Source: Vitrella brassicaformis CCMP3155
Taxonomy: Eukaryota; Protista; Chromerida
DNA: 64,000 bases
Direction of reading: 5' to 3'
Assembly (NCBI GenBank): GCA_001179505.1
Contig: CDMY01000170.1
Coordinates: 62,001 to 126,000 of the forward strand
Shown here: in pieces, positions 33,899 through 45,000 of the stretch
Layout: each line of letters begins with the position of its first letter
Position numbering within the stretch: the first letter of the stretch is position 1
Position numbers and translations under genes: made by a program
The notes under the pieces: model-generated
The model's input: the letters and a program-made list of their open reading frames with translations, nothing else
Told to the model about the DNA's origin: nothing
The model's database searches: none

Positions 33899-36889
33899 TC
33901 ATGGCCTCGCTGCCTGCCCGTAGCCCTCAGTGCACTCGAGCACAAACACCGACGGGTCGGTGACCGAACCGTCACCACTCGAGTGACCGGTCTCTCCACT
34001 CGCACCATCTGCGTGTGTGTCCTCGTGTGCTGCCGGTAGCCTCATGTGCGCCAGGTCGTATTGCAGCAGGAATCGCGCCACCATCCTGCAGTGCAGTCAC
34101 GGGTGGCAGTGCAGTGCCGAGTGGAGAGAGAGGAGAGGTGTCTGCCTTCCCTGCATCTGATCTGATCCTCTCTCTGCAGTATGGCACACCTGTTCTTTTC
34201 GTCTTGTGTTTCGAGCACCCGGAAGGCATCCAGCGGCACCTTGATCACTGTCCAACCTGCGTGCGCACAGACGCAACACACACCTACTGACTGATGCATG
34301 TGATATAAGGCGCCATGCTGTTGCGGCGTGCTGACCTTCGGCCGTGAGGTATCTGTGTTTGCGCATGGTGAAGTCACGGTGATACTCGCGCTGCGGGAGA
34401 AAACCAACCAACCAGGTAACAAAGACAGACAAGGGACCACCACCATCCAGACGTCTCACACACGGGGGGTCCACCGTGCCCTCTTCATTCCTTCGGTTAA
34501 TCACCCACCCTGTAAGGCGGATAGAGCTCCCAATTCCTGTCCCACTCGACCAAAAGACGACCTGCACAAGCGCCAAGACGACACACACAGTGTCTGTCTG
34601 TCTGTTTCTCACTCAAAGAATGTCAATTCGCCAATCAACATGTCTGTCCTTGTGAGTGTCTACTTAACTTACCACGTGGATCGGTCAGCTTGAGCAGATA
34701 GGGTCCGTAGATGGCCGGGACGAACTGACACACATATGACATGATGTGCAGTCAGTGCACCCTGAGAGGCTTCCCTCCCTCCCTCTCCCCCGTTGTGCAG
34801 TGCACGTCACGTCACGAGTGTGTCTGTGTGTGTGCTCATAGCTACATGGAAGCCGAGGGTTTCGGTGACGTTGGCGAGCTCTTGAAGTACAAATGGCTGC
34901 TCCGGCACATTGAACTTGTCCACATACTGGCGCCATCCCATCCCATCCCATCCCATCCACACACGTCACATCACGTCCACCCACCCATCTGTTGCACATC
35001 CTCCTCCATACTCACTGCCCACCTCACTCACTCCTCACCTGTACAGTGTTGGATCTGATGCGCTCCAGGAAATGAAGCGTATGGGGCGAAAACAGACTCA
35101 GCGCCTGACAAAGAAATAAATGCTGACTCCGATCGTCATGAATGAAAACTGCCGTCGCCCCTCCCCTCCCTCTACACCTGATGCGATGCAGTCACTTACC
35201 TCTTGGTTGTCATGCCGCAGCCACATCTCCATGATCTTGAGCGGCACCAAGTACTCGTTGACGCGAGCGACCTCACGCCCATACTCGGACCATGCGATAC
35301 GCCGCTCCTCCGAAGAGGCGGCATCATCCGCAGAATGGTCGCCTGTTGGTGCGGGGGGGTATGTGAGGGGCACCCGGAGAGACAGGAACCGGTTGAAGAT
35401 CAGCTTCTGCAGACATCGCATCAGTGCGGTGATAGTGCATCTGTTTGAAGCATGTGTGTGGCGTGCGGGTGTGGGTACCGACCAGTGTGGCAGTTGCGCA
35501 GATGTCATTGAGGACGGCGGGATACACAGCCTGACACATAAAAGACGAGGAGAGAGGCATGCACGCCACACGCCAGCTTTCACGCCATCGGTATGCCTTC
35601 CTTTCACAGACCTACCTGTACAATTAGCGCAGGGTTGCTCCACCAACACACACTGACGATACGCACCGACACGCATCGCATCTTGGATCGATTCCTCACG
35701 GATCCCCCAGCCCCGCCCGCGTTCCTCCCTCCCTCCCTCCCTCCCCCACTCACTTACCGCTTCTTCAGCACGGCATTGACCTTGAGTATGTAGGATGGCT
35801 CCATGTGCATGTGGAGCCTCACGAGGATGGGAATCAACTCCCCAATACCTTCAGCGGGCAGCGTGTAGAACTCATCCATCGCCTGTACACCAGTCAGACC
35901 CACACAGGCAACACTGACTGACAGTGTGTTGTGTTGTGCTGTGGGTGGGCTGGCCTCCCCCTGCACCCACCTTCTTGGCAAGGACGGTGAGAAAGCTCTC
36001 GTCAGGGGACTGCACGGACAGATGCACACACCTTGGCAATGCATTAATGGATGAGGGAAGCCCCGGCAGTTGCCTGCTGTGTCTGGCTTACAGGCAGGTT
36101 TGCCGCTGCGACAAGAAGGCGCGTCAGCTGACGGGGAGCAAAGGTCTTTAGCCGGTCAACAACTAAGAGGCACACAGCAGACAGCCAAGGGCAGAGAGAG
36201 CAAGCCAAGCAATGCGAACAAAGGACGGGCACATACCATGTGTTCATATTAGTACCTTCACTGACGAGGAAGTCGAGGAACTTGGGCCTGTCCCACTGGC
36301 CCTTGGCATACGAGTACAGCAGCCGCGTCAGCCCCTCGTTGTCGTAGTCCCTGATGTGCCGCGCCACGTGACGCAGCAACGCCGTCAGCACATCACTATC
36401 GACACCCACCCTCAGCCGCGCCTTCGCATACGCCAGGTTCTGCAGCACCTTGGTCACATCCTCTGAAGTCATCTCATCAAGCAGGGCGGCCAGCCGGTCC
36501 TGGTAGCCTTTCCACAGACCCTCACCATCCAGCCGTAGCGCACTCGACCGGCCCATGCAGTACAGCAGCTGCCTCTTGGGCAAGGAACTGACGTCGAGTG
36601 CCGTCAGCTCCCCATCTCTGATGGTGAAGTCAGGCTCCCGCCTCCCTGCCGATGAGTCATCAGCACCAGCAGACGGCTCACTGGCAGCATCCTCACTCCC
36701 AGGGTGGCCCGCACCATCAGCAGTGAACTCCTCGTACTCGAAGCCCTCGAATGCCTCACGATCACGCGCGTCGAATGAATGCCGGGCGATGGATGACCGC
36801 CATCGAACCGAGGCGAAACGTTCATGACGCCGGCTGCCGCGCGCCAAGAAAGCGGCAGATCTCAGTGCAGACTGATAGATCCGTCGCAT
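33899..36889 (-). CDS. RAP-domain protein with helical repeats (FASTK/HPR-like), putatively mitochondrial
   Basis: Arg-rich leader MRRIYQSALRSAAFLARGSRR and helical repeats (EDVTKVLQNLAYAK, EGLTRLLYSYAK). The RAP domain is spliced over 5 small exons: GPYLLKLTD..RLLVEWD..FTMRKHRYLTAEGWTVIKVPLDAFRVLETQDEK. Confidence 0.8.
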
Positions 36890-36944
36890 CCTATACGTTG
36901 TCGAAAAGCCCTGAATGACGGGAGTTGGAAAAGCCAAGAAGGGA

Positions 36945-36965
36945 TGCGAGCTCATGTTGCGAGCT
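36945..36965 (-). promoter_or_regulatory. Candidate promoter motif TGCGAGCT x2
   Basis: Lies in the 146-nt gap between divergent ATGs 36889 and 37036. Confidence 0.5.
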
Positions 36966-37035
36966 AAGCTCCAAGCTCCATTTGGGAAAGGCACGACGAG
37001 CGTCTGCCCGAGATCTGCAGCTGTCGCAGGCCGCC

Positions 37036-38340
37036 ATGTTGACATCACTCTGTTTGCCCATCTTGATTCCCTTACTGATGGTGGTTCCAGCAGCCAAGGC
37101 ATTCACACGCCTGCCTTACGTCAGCAGCACGATACCACTGCGACGGTCCTCTGTCAGCAGACTCGCCAGCAGCACCCTCTCCACCCCGCCACCGATCCCA
37201 CTGGATGAAGCGGATGGTGGTGACGATGCCCATCTGAGGGTGTCAGATCAGCATGAAACAAGCGCGAAGACGGCAACAGCGTCGACGGCTGATGACGATG
37301 AAGCACAGCCGTCTTACCTGGCCAGTGTGTGGGAGTACATGCAGACCATGAGCCCGCTGCTGCTGAGGGCGAATGCGTCAGCACTGCAAGAGGCGCAGCG
37401 GATGGCTAGGGATGAGAGCTCGGACAAGGGGGCCAGGAGGAGGGCGCAGCTGGTCGTGTCAGCTAACTGTCACTCGCAGACCGGCCTGCCCCTCCCACTG
37501 CTGTTCCGTCTGTGCACGTTTGTGCCTGTCAACATCCCCACTGTGGCCGGCATGGTCCTCTCACCACCAACCCGCTTCAACACCATCTTCTGGCAATGGG
37601 TCAACCAGGTGAGGAGAGAGCACACACACACACCGACACATGGACACACAACACACCTGTCCGGGCCGGGCCGCTGTCGTGTGTGTGCGTCGATGTTTGT
37701 CCGTCTCGATCAGACGTACAATGCGCTGTTCAACTTCTGCAACGCCAACAAGAGCAGCAGGCCGGCGGTCGCCGTGGTCATCCTGGGTTACCTCGCCGCC
37801 GTCACGTCAGCCGTGTCCATCGCCCTCTACTTCCGCATCGTCTTTGCCCGCGTCCTGCCCCTCCCGCCAATCATACGGGGCGCCTTGGTGCCCTTCATAT
37901 CGGTCGCAAGCGCCAACATCGCCAATGTGCTTCTGATGAGGGTCACGGAGCTGCTGAAAGGGATTGCTGTGACTACTGAAGATGGAGTGGTGCTCGGGAG
38001 GTCAAAGCGGGCGGCGAGGAGGGCCCTGCTGCAAGTGTGCATCTCGCGGGTGATGCTGCCGCTGCCGGTGGTGGTGGTGCCGACGGTCTTCCGAGTGCTC
38101 TTTCGTTTCCTCCCTGCCGCCCTGCGGACACAGCAATTCTTCCCCTTTGTGTACGAGATGGCGTCGTGCATTGCCGCTTTATGGGCCGCCCTGCCCTTCG
38201 CCCTTGCGCTGTTTCCTGAGAAAGGCAGGATGTCTGTCGCGTCGCTGGAGAGCGAACTTCAGGCGGCATACGCCAATGAGAGGGGGAGGGGAGGGGGAGG
38301 GAGTGGGAGTGGGAGTGTGGTGTATGACAAGGGCCTGTAG
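37036..38340 (+). CDS. SFXN: Sideroflexin (tricarboxylate/serine carrier family) with a bipartite plastid-type leader
   Basis: HSQTG, FWQWVNQ|TYNALFNFCNAN, PFISVASANIANVLLMRVTELLKGI, SKRAARRALLQVCISR, PFALALFP, terminal YDKGL. GCCGCCATG start. One 105-nt in-frame intron at 37609-37713. Confidence 0.92.
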   Translation: MLTSLCLPILIPLLMVVPAAKAFTRLPYVSSTIPLRRSSVSRLASSTLSTPPPIPLDEADGGDDAHLRVSDQHETSAKTATASTADDDEAQPSYLASVWEYMQTMSPLLLRANASALQEAQRMARDESSDKGARRRAQLVVSANCHSQTGLPLPLLFRLCTFVPVNIPTVAGMVLSPPTRFNTIFWQWVNQVRREHTHTPTHGHTTHLSGPGRCRVCASMFVRLDQTYNALFNFCNANKSSRPAVAVVILGYLAAVTSAVSIALYFRIVFARVLPLPPIIRGALVPFISVASANIANVLLMRVTELLKGIAVTTEDGVVLGRSKRAARRALLQVCISRVMLPLPVVVVPTVFRVLFRFLPAALRTQQFFPFVYEMASCIAALWAALPFALALFPEKGRMSVASLESELQAAYANERGRGGGGSGSGSVVYDKGL

Positions 38341-39071
38341 ACAGACAGACAGACATTGGTGGATGGCATGAATGGGAGGTTGCATACTTTCCTGTAGATG
38401 GATGCGATGCGATGCGTGTGTGGCTCTAGGCAGCTGGCAATCGCATTCATTGCTCTGGGCTGCTTGAGTTGAGCCACGGCTGGTGTCCCTGCTCAGATGG
38501 ATGCCATGCATCGCATCCACAAACGCCTCTGAGAGGGTGGGTAACTGTACAGCGGTGGGACAGACAGACAGGAGGGAAAGCAGCATGGGTGTTCGATGTG
38601 CTGCGATACATGTCGTCTTGGTTCGTTCGGCTGGTTCTGTCCGCAGGGCACGAATGCGGTGTCGTCATCGGTGGACGACGATCGACGAGACCGCATTCGA
38701 GCCATCGAGCGAAAACCAACCAACGGACGAGCGGATGTAGAGAGAGAGATTTGAGAAGAAAAGGCAAAAGGGGTGGGGTGAATAGTGATTGATGCACCAG
38801 TCAGTGGTGTCGGCTGGACATCCACATACTATGATACCGCGTGTTTCAAGAGAGGTAGGAAGGTAGGTAGGTTGGTGAATTAGCTCATGTGTAATATCGA
38901 CAAATTGTGTGCACGTGTGAACTAACGCGATTGATTGAATTGAGGACAGACAGAGACACCAAGTCAGTCAGCCAGCGTCCAAGCTCCATATCACACACGC
39001 GTACATAGCGACGCACACGTGGGCGGATGGAAAGACGGTCTACGACACTTCAGTGCTTCTGGAGGGTTTTG

Positions 39072-39150
39072 ACTCACTGCAGGGCTGGCTCTGTCGCTGC
39101 AGGGCTGGCCTTCTGACTGCAGGGCTGGCCTTCTGACTGCAGGGCTGGAC
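39072..39150. repeat. 20-bp tandem repeat x4 (core CTGCAGGGCTGG)
   Basis: ctgcagggctgg recurs at a period of 20 nt. Confidence 0.95.
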
Positions 39151-39380
39151 ATTCAGGGGATATTGGAGCCGTGCATCGAGTACAGCTCAGATTTTGAACC
39201 GCCAGGTTGGAACCGCGTGTCGCAAGCTCGTTTGGGCAGGAGAGAGGGGGACGCTTTTATGCGCTCAAGGGGCTGTCGTCAGGCCATCGAAGAGCTCTCA
39301 ACGCCCAAAAAGCGCTTACTGGCATCATCATTAGGTTGCGACACACGGCTGTTCTTGCTTCCGTTGAAGCAGTCCATTAT

Positions 39381-39632
39381 CAAGAGAGAGACAGAACGGC
39401 TGCAGGAATTGGAAAACTTTTTCTCTGGAGCCGTGTGTCGTAACAGCTCCCAGAAATCGACTGACGCCCCTCCTTTGTTGTGACGCGGGGGGCGTGTCTC
39501 AGGGCGTCACGGGGGCGTGCGCACCTTGGCGGCTCCGCTCGTCGCCTCCCTCCGTTTTAAAGTGGGGGCTGTTGCGACACACGGCTCCGCATTAAAGCTT
39601 CCCCCTGCCGCAGCCGTTCTGTCTCTCTCTTG
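39381..39632. repeat. Bipartite inverted repeat (arms about 70 bp, spacer about 112 bp); possible MITE relic or cis-element
   Basis: caagagagagacagaacggctgc (39381-39403) is the perfect reverse complement of 39610-39632. ggagccgtgtgtcgtaacagctccc (39427-39451) pairs with 39564-39588 with 2 mismatches. Confidence 0.85.
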
Positions 39633-39829
39633 ACTTTCGCGACACACGGCTCCCTTTCTCCAGGGGCCGTGCTTGGTCGGGGAGGAGGCATATTCTCTGC
39701 TGCTGAGGGCCGGATCTATTGAATTGATTGCCGTCATTGCCATGGCACCTACACTTTTAGTCCCTGTCGGAGCTTTCGATCAGCTCGCAGGAAGTCGAAG
39801 GTGAGAATCGTAAGCGTGTTTTCGTGTTG

Positions 39830-41398
39830 ATGGAGCCCAACAAGCGGCAACGTTCTGCCATCGCCGCGGCCTCGGCATCGGCCGAAGACGTAGAGACCGA
39901 TATTCTGCCTTACCAAGTCGCTACAGAACTTTTCCCAGGTGGGCGACGACGCAATGGAAGGTTAACCCGGGGCGCACTGCTCTCCCTGTGTGTCGTGATG
40001 GTTCAGAGGTGTTGCAGTTTCTGACGCTGAGATGCCGCTGCAGCTTGGGGCTTGTGTGCAGGAGGTACAGAGATTCCGCCAAGGAGGGCACCGCGGCAAC
40101 GATCAACGAGAAGCTGCGCGAGAAACACATCGCTGACGTCATCTCTGTCGCCGACTGCAATGACCAGGCAGGGCACGCAACAGAGACGATGGGATGCCGA
40201 TTGGCCCATGGCATGACTGTGTGTGCCTATGGGTCCATTCTGTTCTATCTCGTCAATTGGGCAGGTCGGGCATGGGACGGGCTTTGGAGCGCTCGTGCGC
40301 CTCGATTGGATGATCGAGAATGGCGGGTCGTGGGAGGCCACGGCGCCGCTCCTCCGGCTCGCTCATCACTACGACCGCATCCCGGCCCTGCCGCTCAGCC
40401 TCACGACAGCGGACGTCATGAACGCACAGGACAAGACACTCTATCGCAGCCGACCTGAGGCTCTGCGCCAAGTATGCAGATGGGATGGGGACGGAGGGAG
40501 GACCGACGGGCTGGCTGGATTCATGTGCCGTTGTCTTGTGTGTTTGTTGCGCTATGTCAGTTTTCGGTGTTTAGTCGTCGTGTGTTGGATGACATGGGCC
40601 GGAGCATGACGGACCTGCGGCGAGACCCCATCACGCAGCGGGACCGCATCGCCGGCCTCGAGTTGGCGGTCTTCACCGACACACACACGGGTCCCAACAA
40701 CGTGCCCCCGCCGCCCCACCTGCTGCCACCCAACCACCCATTCCGCGACAACTTCGACGCCAATGACCCTGCATGCCGATGTGAGCTGATGGGGCGGGGG
40801 TGTGACGTGCCGCGCCTATGGGTCTGTGTGTGGTGTCTTGTCGGTGCAGTGAACGGACGTAGTGCTGGGAGTTTCCGATCTCTTATGATTGAGCAGTACG
40901 GACACCCAATGCTCCCTCTGACGGCCTTGTGGTGTTGATGTGTTCGTCTCTGCTTTCTCTCTGCCTGGCAGCATGATAGACGCGAGGGTCCACAAAGCCA
41001 TCGAGAAGAAGCCGCGCAAGCGAGAGGATCGCAACAGATACGACAAGGTGATCGAACTCATGAAGCGCGATGCGCCCATTTTCGGCTGCAAAACCATCGA
41101 CACGGTGAGCTCAGACAGCCAGACAAGGCTTCTGCGCACGCACATGGCACTCTCCCTCTCTTTCTCTGTGCAGTTGGGTCCAAGTGCCCGCTACGTCATC
41201 CTTAGCGGCGACAAGGCGGGCGACGAGTTCGCCGCCCACCTGTACATCAAGGGCGGGCAGGTGGCGGCGACAATCTCACTGTGGACGACCGAGCAGCCGC
41301 AAGGCAACAAGAAGATGAAGGTCGGCGAGAGATTCCCGCGGACGGTACAGCTGGTGAGGGAGAAGATGGGCGCAGAGGTGTCGGTTATCGGGCTGTGA
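39830..41398 (+). CDS. Lineage-expanded F-box-like family protein (third, distant member)
   Basis: LPYQVATELFP|EVLQFLTLRCRCSLGLVCRRYRD (F-box-like), LPLSLTTADV, NHPFRDNFDANDP, and C-terminal LWTTEQPQ...RFPRTVQLVREKMG. The start is uncertain. Confidence 0.7.
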
Positions 41399-42054
41399 GG
41401 GCGGAGCCGCGAGGGGGTAGAGAGAGTCGGTTGACTGCTTCATTGGTCGGTTGGTTGGTTGAGTCCGCTTTTGCCTGTCTAGTCCTGCGATGAGCGACGC
41501 TTGTGGGAAACCGGAAGGGTGACTGCGCTCCATTGTGACAGAAAGCAATGGAACGCATTGACCATTCGGTTCCTCACAGACGTCTCTCGTTGCGCAGAGA
41601 GGCAGGGAAAGCTGGCTGTTTGAGATTATGCATGCTTGTTTTGACGGGGAGGGGGTAGGCGTGTGGATACGATGGATTGATTGGATGCATGAGCATGAGA
41701 GGCCAGCGAATGACACTCCATTGCAATGCATCACGAGTCATCTCAATTCTTGTACAGACAGAGGGCGTGGAGAGATGTACAGAACGCACAGCAGGCCACA
41801 GATTCCATAGACTTGTCGAAGATGACAAACCCAACGACGTGTCAGCTCGTCGCCCGGGTTGGTCAGCTCCCACTGCTCTATGGTATCTATGGCCTGTATC
41901 TATGGCCTGTCCGCACCGGCCGGCTCTTTTCGCCACAGATCACCGTCAGACAGCCTGGCTATGGTCTCTCTCTCTGTCTGACTGACTGACTAACTGACTG
42001 ACTGACACAAATACAAGTGCTCGTCCTATCGACACATCTCATCTCGCCACTCGG

Positions 42055-45000
42055 TTAGCCGATAGTGCTCAGCACCTCAGCCGACGCAGAGCTCTCCCCT
42101 CTTTCCCCGCCGATCTGCGCAACGATCGGTGCCACAGCTGGCGAGTTGAAGAAGGAAGACAGCCGCTCGTCGAGGTCTGGGGCGGAGTGCTTCCGGCGGC
42201 CGACGATGGCCCGGAATATCTTGACCAGCCGGGGCAGCCGCGAGTGGTTGGGGTCCAGCACGTACACATTGCCCTGTGGGTACCCAAGGACACGCACAGA
42301 GACGTGGGAGAGGTATCATTTGCAGCTCTCCATCTTTGGTCGGTGCCCTGGCCTGTTGTACGGCATCGACAAGGAACCGATAAAAGTCGTCCGTCACCTC
42401 CGACGGATGTGCAAAGCATCCCCCAAAGTTGTAGAATGGCGCGGCCGACGACACACCCTGTCCCAGCAGAGAGTCCGTCGCCTCCCGTGCCAGCTCATCG
42501 GTAACAAAGCCGCCGCCCACATGCCGCACGCACACCGCCACCAAACAGGCCTGGGACGCCTCCCGCGCCATCCTGGCTTCTTTGCCCTCCCTCTTTGGTT
42601 TCTCCGGGGTGCTCTCCCTGCTCTCGGTCATCTCGCCGTTTTCCATGGCCGAAGACGATGACACGCTGCCATTTGGGCCCTCGTGGACGTTCTCTGGTTG
42701 CTGGGCTGTGGCGGTGGGTGGGATGGAGTTGGCGAGAAGCTGGGGGACGCACTGGGGGAGGTGCGGGCCGAGCGCTGGGTGTGCAGAGGCAAGCAGGATG
42801 ATGTGCGCGGCCCTTTTGCGGAGCTGGGGCTGGGTGGAGGAGAGGAAGGACACTACCAGCGGCAGCAGGGCCGACCAGTGGGGGCGGTCAGGCTGCATCC
42901 ATCCATCCAACACATCAGAGGACACAGCACCTCTGCCCCGTCATACATCGGAATCGTCTTTTCTTCTCTCTCTGCGCACCGTGTAGTGTTTGAAGAGGTG
43001 GAGGGCGAGCTTGAGTAGCTCCTGGTAGGAGCTGGACTCATCCGCAGAGGCGAGCAGGGCTTGCAACACCCTCGCCCATCGACTCAAGCAATCCTGAGAT
43101 AAGGAGAGCAACAAACCGAGGGTCGCGCAGTGGTCGTGGACACGTGTGTGTGTGTGTGTGTGTGTGTAGGTTGTCAGTAGCTTGCTTACCGTGGCATCGA
43201 AGTGGCTGGTATGGGTGGATATCAGTCGGCTGAGGCACGGCACCAGAGTGACGCGACACTTGCGCAAAGACGTCAGCTCCTGAATGGACCAACCAACCAA
43301 CTAACCAGTGAGTGTGTCGACAAGACATCCGTGTCTGCGCACGCTATCTACTCTACTCAGGAGGTGCAGCATACCATACCTCCTCTGCTTCCTTGTGCAC
43401 ATCTGCCTCCGTTTTGCGGCTCTACACGTCAGTACACAGACAGAGAAGTACGACCGACTCTGCCATGGAAAGGTGCAGGCAGGTGTCGTTGTGGCCACCC
43501 TGGCCTTCCTCGCGCACCTTTCTTGTGAGACTCTGCCTGATCTTTTGTTTGATCTGGTCGATGGACACGTGGAATCTCTCCAGCAGCCAGTCGCTCAGCA
43601 GCAGCACCTGCACAGTGCAGTGCACGACACAGCAGGCAGGAGACATCACAGTCTGCACACGAGCCAGCTGGTTGTGTGCAGACATGCAGTGCAGCCACTG
43701 GGTTTTGCTGACCTGCTGCTGTGTGAGCGTGTCTTTGCCGGGCGCCTCGAGGGCCACAGTCAAGGCGGCCACCTGACGGTTGATCAGAAACTCATCCCTG
43801 TCAGACGCACCCTGCCACACACACAATATGCAACAGTCCCGTGTCCGTGTGGCAATTCTTCCGTAGGTACACCCATACCTGTTTCTTGATGTCGTTGAGA
43901 ATCCACTGGATGGCCTGCCACTGATACGCCCCCACTTCCTGCAGCAGCAGCGCAGGCTGCTGCTGCCCCGCAGGCGATCGACGGTCTGCCATTTGCCTCA
44001 GCGTCTTGAGGTAGGCTTGAAGGACGTGCTGACCCTGCCCCATGACCTCGTCAAAGGGCAGGGTCATGACGTTGCGCAAATGCTGCCGAGAGAAGGGAGG
44101 AGGATGGTACGTGTCTGTCTGTCTGAGTGCTTAGAAGAATCTTTCTTTGTTTCTTGCCTGTGCGCCGACCTACCTGGAAGATCTCTGTCAGCATTTGGTG
44201 TGGGATGCGGTCACCGAACCGATTCAGCACCAAGGCCAGCAGATCGGCACTCCTGAACACACACACTCAGATACACACACACAGAGATCGCCCAAATCGC
44301 CCCCACCGCACCTGGAGATCTCTTCGATCTCGTCCACGCCCAAACTCACAATCTGTCCCGTCTCGTTCGAACTGCAGCACCGCGTCTGACAGACAGACAG
44401 ACAGACAGACACCCCTACCACGGCATCGCCCCCCAGGGACCTGACTGACTTACCTGTGTCTGCTGCCGCTGCTGCTGCTGTTTTTCCTCACTGTCCACGT
44501 CGTCGCTCTTGATAGGCTTCGGCCGTGTGTCCAGCGGGGCCATCACCCGAGGCCAGAACGCACTCAGATACGGCAGCAGCGAATCGCCGAGCGCCGGAAC
44601 CATGTCCCGCAACATCGGCTGCAGCCAGACGACAACAGCGCAGCGCAGCGCAGCGCAGCACAGCACAGCACATAAATGTCGATGGGATGAATGGATGTGC
44701 AGTCGTTTCCTCCTCCTTACAACGATGGAGTCGGTGACGGGGCTGTCTGCGGGGAAGTCTGTCTTGGTGAGGTAGTCCAGCACACACACCGCATCTGCGT
44801 GGAACCGAGCAAATCCTGCAAGCAGCCAGCCCATAGAACAACCATACACACACAAAGAACTGTGGCTCGCGTCACTTTGTTCACGAACCTGCCTTGGTGC
44901 CCAGCCGTGCGATGGCTTCGATGACCTCAGCTTTGAGCTTCTGCCCCTCGGGTGAGAGGGGCGACATCAGCAACTGCTTCAGGAACGGCATCCAGCTGGC

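Noticed and set aside
39072-39150. CRISPR-like array
   Set aside because: The period is only 20 nt with no unique spacers, there are no cas genes, and the context is eukaryotic.
39163-39483. 106-aa ORF MEPCIEYSSDF...
   Set aside because: It starts at TTG, overlaps the inverted-repeat element, and has no recognisable motif or splice support.
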